Below are positions 47,265-59,811 of a DNA stretch of 64,000 nucleotides, in pieces. The DNA is from Pseudovirgaria hyperparasitica (lineage: Eukaryota), in the NCBI GenBank assembly GCA_010093815.1, contig ML996577.1; one strand, written 5' to 3'. Position 1 is the first letter of the stretch; each line of letters starts with the position of its first letter. The position numbers were made by a program, and so were the translations under genes. Under the pieces are notes generated by a model. The model saw only the letters and a program-made list of their open reading frames with translations. It searched no databases and was not told where the DNA came from.

Positions 47265-48646
47265 ATGACCGATCATTCGACGCCTTCACATCCTCAACCT
47301 CCAAAGTCACCCGACTCAGGGCCTTCTGATCCTAATCTTCCTTCACTGCCCACTGGCTGGATTGCCCAATGGGATGCCAGGTATGCTTCAATCTGACCCT
47401 TTATCTCAATATGCCCCGTCTGAGAGCCTGCTAAACTGAGAACGGCATTGTAGCTCCCAGAAATACTACTACGTTCAGATCAGCACCGGTGCCTCGCAAT
47501 GGGATATTCCAACTGATGCTGCACCATCGCAGAAGGGAACGCCAGCACAAGGCGTCAGTGCATACAATCCGCCAGGCGCAGAGGGTCCCGTTGCCGGAGA
47601 TGGCGAGCGCGGTCTTCTAGACGGCAAGACAGGTGATCGTGGAAAGGGTGGCAACTCGCTGTTGGTAGGTGCTCATATAAACTGCTGTGGAGTCGCATAG
47701 TCTGATACAACCTTAAAGGATTCGGCGTTCAAAATGGGAACGAACTACGTCTTAGGCGGCAAGCAGTCGGGGCACGGCTCGTCAGGTCACAACTCTGGTC
47801 ATGGCTCCGGCAATCTGCTCAGCATGGGCATCAGCGCACTAAGTAGCTCGGGTAAGCAGTCTGGCCATGGTGGGTCATCAGGTCACAGTGGCCAACAGTC
47901 GGGTCATGCAAGCTCAGGAGCCGGACTTGTTGGGGGCTTGCTCGGAAGTGTTCTGGGTGGGAGCGGCAACAAACCACATGGTGTATGTGCACACTAGACA
48001 AGATGTTGTCTGAGTCTCAGCTGACATTGTCCAGCAATCCGGCCAGCACGGAAATGGAAGTAACAGCGGCTACGGCTACTCCAATACAGGGAACTCTGGT
48101 TCATACAGCGGCGCTCCTCCACCTGGATCGTATCAGCCTCCAGGCGCTCAGCACGGCGGTCCAGCACCTGTACAGCCGCACAATCAAGGCTACGGGTCAA
48201 GTCCTGCTCCATACCAGGGCAGTGGGCCTAACAGCCCGTATCCACCACAGAACCAATACCAACCGCCAGGCCAAACGTATGGTTCGCCAGCACCCGGTTC
48301 ATATAACCAATCGGGTCCAAACCAACAGTATCCGCCACCTGGACAGCATGGTAACAACTCATACGGTGGCCCTCATCAGAATCAGGGTAATTATGGACCT
48401 CCACCAAGTCAACACGGAGGGTACGGCGGCAATCAAAGTTATGGAAGTCCAGCCCAACAAGGGGGTTATGGTGCTCCTCCGCCAAATCAGCAAGGCGGAT
48501 ACAACGCTTCGGGTGGTTATGGGGGTCAACAAGGAGGTTTCAACCAACAGGGCGGATTCGGACAGCAGCAACAAGGGGGCTACCCCGGCCAACATGGTCC
48601 TGGTGGACAACAACACAGTGGCGGACCTCCAGCTCCCGGCTGGTAG
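47265..48646 (+). CDS. WW-domain protein with Gly/Ser/His and Gly/Gln/Tyr/Pro low-complexity regions
   Basis: LPTGWIAQWDA/SQKYYYVQISTGASQWDIP (WW domain split by an intron), repeated KQSGHG, final exon QQGGYGAPP...PAPGW stop at 48646. Confidence 0.8.
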
Positions 48647-48805
48647 AGAATGGTAAAGGCCTTGTACGAGTGGGACAGAGCATGAGCGGCATTGTGGTCT
48701 TAAAAATTTCTTCGCCTGTCTTTATCTGCAAATATGTCTCAGGATATACCACATGATACCAACATTCTCATATGACCAGTGTACCATTCCACGCTCACGT
48801 CTTGG

Positions 48806-50133
48806 CTAATCACTATCCTCCATCAATGCTGCGAGTTCCGCTTCCTCTTCTTCCGTCATTAAGCCATCCTTGACCTCAGCACTCTTTTCTTTCTCAGCAC
48901 CTTCTTTTTCCTCCTGCTCCCTCCTCTCCTCCTCTTTAGCTCTGGCAATATCTCCTTTCCCGATTCCCCACCATCTCACCGTTCCATCAATGCCCACACT
49001 CACGACACCCACCACCCCATCTTTTCGTGCAAACGCCAGCCCAAGAACCTCTTCCCAGTGACCCGAATACGTATACACGAGTTCCCCTGAGCTCTTGTCC
49101 CAGATTCGAACCTCCTCATCCCGACACGCCGTAACCACCACGCCCGCATCCCCATCCACAAGCACGGCACGCACAAAGTCAGGATGTGCGAGCACCGTAT
49201 CGGCTTTCCACGCTGGCGTCGCCGTGCGGCTCAGACACAGTGTAGACTTATCCGCCGACGCCGTGTACAGGTCCGGCGGATCGTCAGCGTCGGTGTATGC
49301 GGGGAAATAGAGCTGCGTGATGCTCGTCTCGTGCACGAGGATCGGCTCCGTGGTGAGTTGCCGCGACGAAGAAGGGGTGATGCACCATTTGCGTATTTCG
49401 CGCGTTGAGTCGGAAGAGAACAGCGTCACACCGTCTTCATCGTCGTCCTTGGCATCACCATTCCCGACCCCTGTGCTCTCATGCGCAGCAGCTGTCGTGC
49501 TCGGATCGACGACCAGGCTCAGGATTCCCCTGGTATGCCCCTTCAGCGCGCTCACTGCTCTGTTTGCTTCGATGTCCCACACACGTATCACGGCGTCTGC
49601 CGCGCCTGTGATGAGCAATTCGGTGCCGTGCACCACGACGCATGTGACTGCCTTGACAAAGTCGCCGTGGCCGGTGTAGCGTGCAGTCTGCTTGCCAGAG
49701 ACACACAACCAACTCCAAACCGATTTGTCCCAGCAACCAGCGAAGAGAGTTCGAGGTGTGCGAGTGCTAAGGGCGAGGCAATTCAGGGGGGCGACTGGGC
49801 CTGTGTATGTGCGGTTGATCTTGCCGGTCTGTTTGCGTTGCGGTTAGCATTCGTTCGCGTGTTCAATGCCTACGCAATAGCCAGGATAGCAATTCGAAGA
49901 ATAGAATCAGAGGCCCTACGCACTTCAATATTCACTCTTCTTACACAGCCCGCAGCCTCGGCGACGTAGACATAGCGGTCGTCGTCTGGGTCGGAGATGA
50001 CGGCGAGGAGCTTAGACTGTAGCTTGATTGGGGAGCCATTTTTGTTGTTTCTCTTGTTGGCTTTGCGTGCTGCGTCTTCAATGGAGTCTGTGGTTTGGAA
50101 GAAGTTGTCTGGGTTGGATGTAAAGCTCGTCAT
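48806..50133 (-). CDS. WD40-repeat protein
   Basis: GHGDFVK...IRVWD, GHTRGILSL, HPDFVRAV...VRIWD, GHWEEV...DGTVRWW; N-terminal exon 49870-50133. Confidence 0.88.
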
Positions 50134-50735
50134 GACGATAAATCTTGTCTCAGGATGTTGTGGTAAAGCTCGAAGTCTTGGTGGGGGTGGGGTTGAAATG
50201 CAGGGTCTAATTGCCTATGGCTATCAATCAATCCATCGTGTCGTCGAAATATCCACTTCGGACCAAGGACGGACGGACTGTACTCCTCAATACAAGCACC
50301 GATCTCACTCGCACAGGGATTTGTGGAACTTGGGAAATATTGTATGGTATGTCTGGCATTAACATGTTCCGCGCAAGAAAATGGACGTAATGAGAGCCAA
50401 CTATAGCAAAAGACCAGACAGACTCGCTTTCCCCATAATCGCCAATAGAAAGCCCGTTGTGATAAGTAAGATGTACCTAGAGCATTTGTAGGACCAGTCG
50501 GTGGCCATCCTGTCTTCAAAGTTTTCGTCAATTTGCAAAGTATCTTATTAGAACTGCGCGAGGAAGTGTGTTAACCTGTCGAACTCCGCAAGCAATCCAA
50601 TACACGAAAGGATGTCCCACCCGGTCTACCATGCAAGAGAACTGTAGAATGCTGGACCAAACGTGCGTATGAGGACATACCCATGGCTTATATACCCCGC
50701 GCCTTCCCAGAATTCGTCACGGTACTGTTCTGTTT

Positions 50736-51638
50736 CTAACAGCAACCTCCAGCGGAGCCAGATTGCACGCCCTGACCTTGTCCGATAGGAACGCTTGGCT
50801 TGTTGTTCACCTGAGTGGTTCCCATGCGCTCTTTGATCTGGCGGGCCATGGTCAGGAATGCTTGCTCAACGTTTGTGGCGCTCTTAGCGGAGGTCTCAAG
50901 GAAAGGAATGCCAAGGCTGTCCGCGAATTCCTGTATGGAGGTCAGCTCTGTCTCAAGGCGGAGTAGGAACATAGCGTCTTACCTTCGCGACTGTGTACTC
51001 GACAACCTTCTTGTCTGCCATATCGGACTTGTTGCCAACAAGAAGCTTGTTAACCCCCTCGGTAGCATATCTGTCAATCTCTTGCAGCCACTGCTTGACG
51101 TTGTTGAAGGAGTCCATGTCCGTGACGTCGTAGACGACGCAAATGCCGTGAGCACCGCGGTAGTATGAGGATGTGATGGTACGGAAGCGCTCTTGACCGG
51201 CGGTATCCCACTGTAGACTGATTAGCTATGCGATAGCAACACATCCGCCCCGACAGGTCGACTCACGATCTGTAACTTCACAGTCTTGCCATCGAGTTCG
51301 ATCGTGCGAATTTTCTGAGTGATGTTAGTCCCTCTGTGTCAAGCCTAGGGCAAAAGCCTACAAAGTCCACGCCGATGGTAGAGATGTAACTCTCCGTGTA
51401 CGTATCATCAGCAAAACGGAGGAGGAGACAAGACTTTCCGACACCAGAGTCACCGATCAGCAGAAGCTTGAAAAGGTAGTCGTATCTGTGGGTGAATGTG
51501 TCAGTGGATACGCCGATGAGCGTTTCGCGTGTATTGGCGTATTATAGAACTCTGCATGATATATAAGTTAGCCTGTGATCGATACATAGCACTGTCAGCT
51601 GGTGTTCTGGAAAAGGCGACCTACCACTCAGGATTCAT
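50736..51638 (-). CDS. YPT1: Rab1-family GTPase Ypt1, multi-exon
   Basis: [41 protein letters not shown] and C-terminal GGCC prenylation motif. Confidence 0.97.
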
Positions 51639-51853
51639 GATGACGGTGGAAATGTGCAGTGAGGTAGAGGGGATAGCCTGCAGAAGGATGGATAGCAGGT
51701 ATAAGAAGGTGTAGGCGGTGTGTTGTGTGAAGGCGTATAGAAAGCGAGGCTCCTCTTAGGACTTGGTGGTGGTGGTGGTGTTGCGGTGCGCCTGCCGGCC
51801 GTCCACTCCTGTGAGGTCCATGCTGACTCCTGTCCGCTGACGTAATCCGTTAT

Positions 51854-52216
51854 GCTCGAAACCGGTGTCACTCTTGGCACTCATTTTGCGCAGCATTTCC
51901 TACATCTTATAACCCTGATGAGTTAATTTCTCTAGATGCGTATATCTTTGGTAGAGAAGATTTCAAAGATTATTCTATATAATTCCCCCTGGAGCCATTT
52001 ATTCTAGCTTACATCAATCGCAAGAAAAGATATGTATTTTATGAAAATATATCGAGTATCGTTTATTAAACCTATTCTATAGCAACAAACCTATATAGCT
52101 GCATTCAGTTTGTGGGATCATACATATATTTATATCTGGTTTATATATATAAGAAGCTCTAATTAAGGTATAATCGGAAGACACGTTGGATGCCAAGAGT
52201 GCCAGCTGTTCCGAGC
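51854..52216. repeat. Imperfect 26-bp inverted repeats flanking an AT-rich core (possible degenerate MITE)
   Basis: GCTCGAAACCGGTGTCACTCTTGGCA (51854-51879) matches the reverse complement of 52191-52216 at 22/26. Confidence 0.5.
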
Positions 52217-52626
52217 CCAACAAACCGAACCCAGTATCTACGGTTTATTCACATGGCACTATCAAGGGCTGTAGACAAAGTGAGGATCACTTGACACACG
52301 GAGTCCTAATTTACAGACGCATTGTCTGCCGAGTCTAGTATGTGAAGGCTATGACATCTGGCACGTGTGAGGATGAGGATGCCGGTACATGCTGGTGACC
52401 ATCACTAGCGGCGCAGTCACGGCAATGTCTCACTGAGATGTCGCGATCACCAGGTTCATAGTATGAGTGGATTTTGCAACTATGTATAGTCCTCTATTAT
52501 GACGCCTTGCTTGTGAAAAGCAAATATTCGTAAGGATGCCTACCAGGGTTTCGACCCGAAGTACATGTTAATATGAACAAGAAAGATATACTGGATAGAT
52601 CTAGACCAGGCAGTAGTTTGGTGCAT

Positions 52627-53873
52627 CTACATTACTTTTCCGAAAGCTGGAATCAGAGTCTGAGCAAGCCAGAAGGAGAAGACAAGCTTAGGTCCTGTCA
52701 TTAGAAGCTTGGGGGTCAGGCCCTTGAAAAAGCTAGTGAAGCCTTCGTTCTTTGCCATGTTAGAAATGATCCGGAATCCGCTCTCAGGGTTTTCAAAGTT
52801 CCGGTTTTGGATTCGGGTCTTGACGACATCAAGAGGAGCGGACACAAGGAGAGAGGCGCTGGCACCCGCGATCGATGCGACAAAATTCTGTAGCCACGAG
52901 GCACTGTTGTAGTCTTCAAGTTTGTATAGGTATTGTTTTGCGGCAGCGGAGCCTCCAAAGAGCTAATATGGGTCAGTGGGTAGGCATCAAGAACGCCTTC
53001 AGCACAACATACCGCGAACGATCCAGGAGCGTTCCTTGCTGCTGTCCAGCCCCAACCCCGGTATAGGGCAAAACCTTCGTCTCCAATAATGCGAAGGAAG
53101 CCACGATTTCGGAACGCTTCAGGGTTAGTCTGTCGCTTGATTTTGAGTACATCTAATGGCAGAAGGACAATCTCTCCAATCCCAATGAGACTAGATACCT
53201 GTGTCAGTGTATGGGTGTTTCGAAGGATATGCTGCATCTAACCTTCCTGCCGTCGCGTGCATGATGGCTTTTCCGTTGCCCTTGCCAAATGCGTTGTCAA
53301 ATTTGTCGCCATGGTTCTTAGCGAGATAATCTCGAGCAATCGGCTGTCCACCGTACTTGTATATTCTTTGAAGCACCTGCAAACATCAGCTCCGGACTTG
53401 TACAAACATCGCAGGGCACACCTTGTATGCAGCTGCATATCCCAAGCCGGGGAAGAGTGAGATGAAGCGTTGGGGAATCGATGCGGAGGCTTTGTCTTTG
53501 AAGATGACGGAGTTAAGTTGTGATGCAGATATGATCTATTGAATGAGGTCAGCAGACCCAGGAAGCCACTTGTACTGTGCTGGTTTACCTTTCCATGGTT
53601 ACTCATCAACCTCTTCGCGGTGGTATCGACCTATCCCATAATGTCAGAACCCTTCTTGGCGGTAATTCGTAATGCGCACCGGGTGAAAGATCGCAAGCTC
53701 AGCGATACCGGCGGTACCTGTGATCCGTTAGCACCTGTCCTTGTACGAGGGCAGTATGGCTGACCGGCACCAACGAATCTCGCGGTATTAGATTCTCGCT
53801 TGAATTCCTTGACGGCAGAGCCAGCAATGGCTTCACTGGCCTTCTTGGCCGCTTCTTCTGCGGAAGGAGCCAT
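52627..53873 (-). CDS. GGC1: Mitochondrial GTP/GDP carrier (Ggc1/Yhm1), multi-exon
   Basis: ESNTARF.G, FHPVDTTAKRLMSN, QRIYKYGGQP, LLPLDVLKIKRQTNPEAF, PLDVVKTRIQN, PKLLMTGPKLVFSF. Confidence 0.93.
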
Positions 53874-54379
53874 AACAGCTATGAAGGGGTCGAGAGGCGG
53901 GTTAAATGGTGTAAATTGAGATCTTGATGGTGGTGGTCGCGAGCACTTAAGAGAGAAGTAGAGGTTGGGGGAGTAGCTGCTATTAAAGACGAAAAAGGGT
54001 TGTAGTGATCAATGGCATTGCCTTCGTGTCCGAATGTCAAGGATAACTTTTTTGTTCCGTTTCGCGGCGCGCATGGGCCGAGCGGAGCTGTGGTCAGAGC
54101 TCCTGCGCTAGTGTCCATGAACGTTCTGGTGTTTGGAAGCTACATGCATCGTATCACTTGCGCCAAGCCTTGTTTTCTCTTACACTGCGGAAGCATAGTT
54201 TCATCTATTGGGAAAAGTCGATATTTGCTTCATTCTACACGTCCAGAAAGCCCGCATAGTCCATGAAAGTATCGATGTATCTTTGCATTATCATATATAT
54301 GATGAATAAGATGAAGTCTGTCTAGCACAAGGATTTACGTCCGTTGTGCAATAAGTCGTTTCTTCGTCGGTGGTCATGA

Positions 54380-56608
54380 CTACCAAGCATAACCAGCGTC
54401 ATTGAACTCATTAGGACTATTCTCATCCCAATCCTCGTCGCCACTGATCTCAGCATCCAGAAAATCCTCCTCATGGAATATCTCCTCACGGGGACGAATG
54501 TTGTCGATAACCACGTCAACAACAGTACAGAGACCTTGGATGAAGTCTTCCTCTCGTGGAGCTGATTCTTTCTCGTCTTCCGAATCATTTGATTGGACGA
54601 GGGGCTCTGCTGCTGCTGTTCGCGGTCGAAGTCGACGTTTGGTTGAATACTGTTCTCGGACTCGACGAAGAATCGGAACATCACTATCACTGTCCACAAC
54701 AGATGAATGGTTCTGCCCGCCGGGTGTGACCTGCACATGACTGATTCGCTTTGTGTTGCTGGATTGGCGAGGAGTATTGGGGCCATCTCGAGCGACGCTG
54801 GCCTTTGTACCGATATGAACCTGTTTCCATTCGCGAAAGGCGCGAAGGGATATAAGGTGAGCAGATGGAGGATCTGGTCGTGCGAGGAATACTCGCTGCA
54901 TCCGCGCGACCCACTCGTCTCGTAAGCGTGCTCGGTCTCGCCAGCTGATGTCCAGAATGCCAGTCGCTTTGAGGATCAATGTCCGTAGATTTGGCAATTG
55001 CGCCGCAGAATCTACTAATGACTCGAAAAATGTCTCCGCCGCTTCGGTTGTCCATTTTCGAAGATATATCATGTCAAGATACTGCAGAGTTGATGGCCAA
55101 GTAGGTCTATTCTTAGGACTGAGAAGCTCGTCATACTTTGGATCGGCATCGTTAGATGTCGTGAAGGTGCTATAGTAGTTCAAGTCCATAGTCAAACTTT
55201 CAAGAACTGGGCACGACGTCTTCAAGTTCGAGAGAAATGACAAATTCAGGGCTTGATTGTGGTTAAGCGTGAGCTCTTTCAAATTGCCGCCATGTGTGTC
55301 GAGGAAGATCTGTAGTGTCTCGGCCGTGAGCTCCAGGCAGTTCGTCAGATTTAGACTGGAGAGGACCTTTGGCAACACAGCCAAGAATGGGCCATCGATC
55401 AGAGTACAAGACTCGAATGCAAGGCCACGCAGTTTGGGTAGTACGGACAATGCCGATGCCATAGCCTCGCTGCGTGTAGGTGCTTGCTCACCTTCCTCCA
55501 TCGACCCGCCCCGTTCCTCTATAGTAAAATTGGAGAAAGTAACATGACATACGGATTGGAAAGGTGTGGTTTGATGCAAATCTGCCATCCATGCAGGGGT
55601 TTGGTCGGTCCACAATAACAATGCGTTCCATCTCCAACTCTTCAGGTGAACCTCATTGCGCTGCATAGCGCTGAACATGGCATCTGGATAGTGCCATCGG
55701 ACAGACTTCCGCCGCCGATATGGAGGCTTATCACCCGGATCGAAGATGTCCAGCGCATTGAGTTGTGGTAAGCTTGACACAAGCCCTGATAAGTCAAAAA
55801 TTCCACCCTGCGGAGAATTGTAGTTCATCATGTTGGTAGAATCCAATTCCAGACGTTGAACTTTAACATTGTAATTATACAAACGGCCTTCTGTGGGTTC
55901 GAGAAGGGTACTCAGCAGCTTCATATGCTGAGATTTGGTGAGCGTAGTTACAGGGGGACATCGGTATAAAGCTGTGAGAGCAGGTTCTAGGAAATTTTGA
56001 TGCAGTCTCGCCACATTCAGGAGCCATGTAGTGTTCTCACTTATCGGATATGATGCATATACAAAGACTTGTAAAAGAATATGATAGGGTAGTTCTGTCC
56101 ACGCAGGTATTATACCATCACTAATTATTTTAGACGACGGATATTCTTTCTGCAAGTCTTTTGCAGATGATTTGGCGGAGCCTCTTATGTTATTTGTGTT
56201 CCGACTTGCACGTTTCGACCGCGAAGCAGTATTCTGCGACGAAGACTTTTGAGGAGAGGTTCTCAGTCGGGGTTTGTTGTGGACTCTAGATCCTTTTGCC
56301 CGTGGCTGGTCTATGGGGCTAACATGGACGGGTGCGAAGTCCAAGTCATCATCAAGATCGGAGCTTGGCTCACGGTATGATGGTCGACTGCTACCAGGTC
56401 TCCTGAGCGCATGAGTTCTGCGGGTTCGGGTCGATGAGACCTGGGAAGAAGGCTTAGAACCCTTCCGCGAGGACCGACGGGGAGACGGGTCGATGTCGCT
56501 GCTGTCGGATCTTTCAGATGTACGATTTGAACCGAAACTATGCTCATCTTCCGGACTGGATTCGCGATAGGAGACTTGTGGTCGTTTGCGCTTCAAGGTA
56601 GGTACCAT
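54380..56608 (-). CDS. RNI-like leucine-rich-repeat protein with F-box-like motif and disordered basic N-terminus
   Basis: 742-aa ORF; WTELPYHILLQVF F-box-like motif; LRR-like LSSLNLTNC, LKELTLNHN, LESLTMD; acidic C-terminus. Confidence 0.78.
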   Translation of the reverse strand: MVPTLKRKRPQVSYRESSPEDEHSFGSNRTSERSDSSDIDPSPRRSSRKGSKPSSQVSSTRTRRTHALRRPGSSRPSYREPSSDLDDDLDFAPVHVSPIDQPRAKGSRVHNKPRLRTSPQKSSSQNTASRSKRASRNTNNIRGSAKSSAKDLQKEYPSSKIISDGIIPAWTELPYHILLQVFVYASYPISENTTWLLNVARLHQNFLEPALTALYRCPPVTTLTKSQHMKLLSTLLEPTEGRLYNYNVKVQRLELDSTNMMNYNSPQGGIFDLSGLVSSLPQLNALDIFDPGDKPPYRRRKSVRWHYPDAMFSAMQRNEVHLKSWRWNALLLWTDQTPAWMADLHQTTPFQSVCHVTFSNFTIEERGGSMEEGEQAPTRSEAMASALSVLPKLRGLAFESCTLIDGPFLAVLPKVLSSLNLTNCLELTAETLQIFLDTHGGNLKELTLNHNQALNLSFLSNLKTSCPVLESLTMDLNYYSTFTTSNDADPKYDELLSPKNRPTWPSTLQYLDMIYLRKWTTEAAETFFESLVDSAAQLPNLRTLILKATGILDISWRDRARLRDEWVARMQRVFLARPDPPSAHLISLRAFREWKQVHIGTKASVARDGPNTPRQSSNTKRISHVQVTPGGQNHSSVVDSDSDVPILRRVREQYSTKRRLRPRTAAAEPLVQSNDSEDEKESAPREEDFIQGLCTVVDVVIDNIRPREEIFHEEDFLDAEISGDEDWDENSPNEFNDAGYAW

Positions 56609-57341
56609 TAGGACAGCTTCGAATTTACGGCAATCTGCCTGGCGATGACGATGGAGGTTGAGACGAATGAAGCCGAGTAGCCTGCTTGATAAGCAAAGAG
56701 GCTGATGAACACGCCGAACAGCAACGGATTTTAAGAAGACGATGAGAAGAGCAAAGCGAGAAGAACAAAGTGGTTGAATGAAGCGTATTCACTTCCAGTC
56801 AAGCGCAGGTTCAATATGTGAATGCCAATGCCGTCACTCCACCTTGGCTTCGGCTGGCGAATGTGGATCCTTACTTAGGGTAAAAACCCCCACGTCAAAC
56901 CTACCCCCGCAAACCGTGAAAATGCCAAGCATATGAAACAATGCAGTAGTTTGGGCCCAGGTTATACTTCTTGTATACCGCTATATGTTAGGGCTTTGGT
57001 ACTCTTTTCTTTCCGCTCTACATTCGAATTCCAATCTTACTTTATATCTACTGCTTTATAAGAAAAAGAGAAGACACTCTGTAGTGTACGAGAGCCACGA
57101 GTAGCAGGTCTTAGGATCTGGAATAATTACCCGACTTAGGTAATAATACAGTAAGTCAGGCACCCCTAAGGTTCAACTTCGCTCTCACTTGTTCTTCATA
57201 ACATATGCATCCACCATTTAGATTTGATTATATGTTTCTTCTTTCTTTCTTCCAAAAGAGCCTCGTGGATATCCCCAACCCATGGAACGCTGTTCGGAGG
57301 TACAACTTCCATCATAACGAACTAGACTACCTCATTCTCGC

Positions 57342-59306
57342 ATGAAGACAGTGAAGATGGGACAGGTTGAGATTGCCCCTGGTCCGCCTCGTCAAATGGC
57401 CGTACACCATCGACTTTTCTGGGGTGTAGTTATTGCAGCGATCTTCTTCTATGCAGCAGTGCCCCAGCCATGGCGAGACTTGATATCTCCGTTGAATCTC
57501 CAAAATCATAAGTCAAAGCAATCTCCATATGGGCGTTTTCCGCGATTCAACGATGCATTTCATTTCGTACCCTGTACCAACACATCTGTCCTACCCGACC
57601 TCGATGACGCCAACCCAGAAAAGTCATGGGCAAGTACATTCAATCCAAATCCGATCCACTGGAGCTGGGGTCCTATCGCTACAAGAGGCACTCCCGAAAC
57701 CGGTATCAAAGGTTACAGGGATCCGTTCGCAGGTCGTGGCATCTATCTCTGCGGATATCTAGATCTGCCAATGGACTACACGAACGCGTCTGATCAACGA
57801 ATCGTGCGTCTAGCAGTCACGAAGTACCAAGTCTCTGGACTCGCTCGCACCGGCTCACCACCCACCAAGTCAGGCCAGAAGAGTGCACGTACTCTTGTCA
57901 TCGAACCTGGCGGACCAGGTGGTAGTGGGACAAGCTATGCATGGCATGCCGCTGAGAATCTGACGCAGCGCTTATCTTTCGGACAGTATGATGTTCTAGG
58001 ATGGGACCCACGAGGTGTAAATGCCTCTCTTCCATCAGTCTCTTGTTTCCCCTATGACTCAGAACGCGATCGGTGGTCGCTCCTCGGAGGCACGTATCGC
58101 GAGACGGCGAGTTCGCCAGATTCACAATTGGCCATAGCAGATGCGATGAATGAAGCTGTTTTGAATGCCTGTCGTGAGAAATATGGCGACTTTGCGCGCT
58201 TTGTGAGCACAGCATTTGTTGCACGGGATATGGAAGAGATCAGAAAGGCGCTTCGCGAAGACGATTTGACGGCGTATCTGGTCAGTTACGGGACCGGAAT
58301 TGGACAGACCTATGCGAACATGTTCCCTGAGAGTGTTGGGCGCATTGTCATGGACGGCATGGAGTATGTCCGAGACCATCGTTTGCTCGGTGGATTTGGA
58401 TGGACAGCTCTCGACAATTCCACAAACGCTTGGCACGACGGCTTCCTAGGCGAGTGTTTGGATGCAGGTCCTGATCAGTGTGCACTGGCTCAGGCCAAGA
58501 GCAAAGAAGTTGTATCAGTAGACAGCTTGGAAAAACGGATGACAAGCCTAATTTCTTCTCTTCTCTCCCGGCCAGCAGTTGGCTACACTGCCCTTGCCGG
58601 TCCGTCGCTAATCACCTACTCGTCGCTCATCGACCTTATCTACATGTCTATGTACAACGCTTTTACGTGGCCAGAACTTGCGCAACTGCTTTCCGACCTT
58701 GAAGACGGCAATTCCACCCTCGTAGCCAAGGCTCTGGAATCCAAAAGATGGACATACAATCCCACACACCCCTTACCTCCACACCCGCTATCCGAAGAGT
58801 TAGGGATACTCGTCATATGCGCCGATTCCTACGATGCCCCGCAGCCAGAGAACCTCGACTGGTGGGGTGACTTGTGGCATAACATGACAACACAGAACTG
58901 GATAGCTGGAAACTCACGTTTCTTCGACGTTCTACCCTGTCGACAGTTCAAAAATCTCTGGGAGGCCCCAGCGGAGCTATATCGTGGCGACCTGAACCAT
59001 ACCCTGAAACACCCTGTTCTACTCATCTCGGAGACATACGATCCCGCTACGCCTCTGCGCAATGGACGCAGGCTGCTTGCTGAGATGGGTCGAAATGCGC
59101 GGATGGTTGTTCATCACGGGTATGGACATTCGTCTAGAGACTCGTCCAACTGCACGGATGATATTGCGAGGACGTATCTACTACACGGCAGACTTCCAGA
59201 AGAGCAAGAGACAAATTGCTACGCAAACGAAAAGCCGTATCGCTATAAGCTTAGTTCATCGATGTTGCAATCGATCAGCATGTATAGTAACGGTGCATTA
59301 TTCTAG
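57342..59306 (+). CDS. TAP-like alpha/beta-hydrolase (S33-type peptidase) with N-terminal membrane anchor
   Basis: PGGPGGSG, GWDPRGV, VARDM, SYGT nucleophile, DPATP, HGYGHSS; hydrophobic LFWGVVIAAIFFYAAV. Confidence 0.88.
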   Translation: MKTVKMGQVEIAPGPPRQMAVHHRLFWGVVIAAIFFYAAVPQPWRDLISPLNLQNHKSKQSPYGRFPRFNDAFHFVPCTNTSVLPDLDDANPEKSWASTFNPNPIHWSWGPIATRGTPETGIKGYRDPFAGRGIYLCGYLDLPMDYTNASDQRIVRLAVTKYQVSGLARTGSPPTKSGQKSARTLVIEPGGPGGSGTSYAWHAAENLTQRLSFGQYDVLGWDPRGVNASLPSVSCFPYDSERDRWSLLGGTYRETASSPDSQLAIADAMNEAVLNACREKYGDFARFVSTAFVARDMEEIRKALREDDLTAYLVSYGTGIGQTYANMFPESVGRIVMDGMEYVRDHRLLGGFGWTALDNSTNAWHDGFLGECLDAGPDQCALAQAKSKEVVSVDSLEKRMTSLISSLLSRPAVGYTALAGPSLITYSSLIDLIYMSMYNAFTWPELAQLLSDLEDGNSTLVAKALESKRWTYNPTHPLPPHPLSEELGILVICADSYDAPQPENLDWWGDLWHNMTTQNWIAGNSRFFDVLPCRQFKNLWEAPAELYRGDLNHTLKHPVLLISETYDPATPLRNGRRLLAEMGRNARMVVHHGYGHSSRDSSNCTDDIARTYLLHGRLPEEQETNCYANEKPYRYKLSSSMLQSISMYSNGALF

Positions 59307-59811
59307 CAATACTTTCGGCATCTAATTTACTCTAAAGCATTGCGCTAGTAGTGTTGTAGTGTTTTCCATTCCATGCAGGGGTTATACATGTTCTACGTCT
59401 ATGAAAATTTGAACGCTCGCTGGTATCACTTCAAAGTGCAAGTTTAGGATTGGGCGCCCTGAAGATCCTTCGTTATTTGACCAACGCCTACTCTGGGACT
59501 TGATTTCCAGTCATAAACACTGGACAACATACCGGCAGTCTGGCAGATTTGGTTCTGCCGAGACTCTTCACAGCGTGACTCTGACCACACATTCGGCGAT
59601 AGTCTAGGTATAAAAGGATATAGTGGAATTAAAGTAAATCAGAACCAGAATGATTCAGGATTCAATATAATGCTACATGACCAATAGCTGAGTTTCATTG
59701 AACTAGAATGGACAATCAACACTGACAGTAACCACAAATTCTGTCTAGCTATCATGGCGTTATGATGGTTCAGCTGACCCGCTACAGAAATTCAAGATTA
59801 CATATTTGCTC

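Noticed and set aside
47985..48656. 223-aa ORF in the track
   Set aside because: Wrong frame of the Gly/Gln/Pro-rich last exon of the WW gene.
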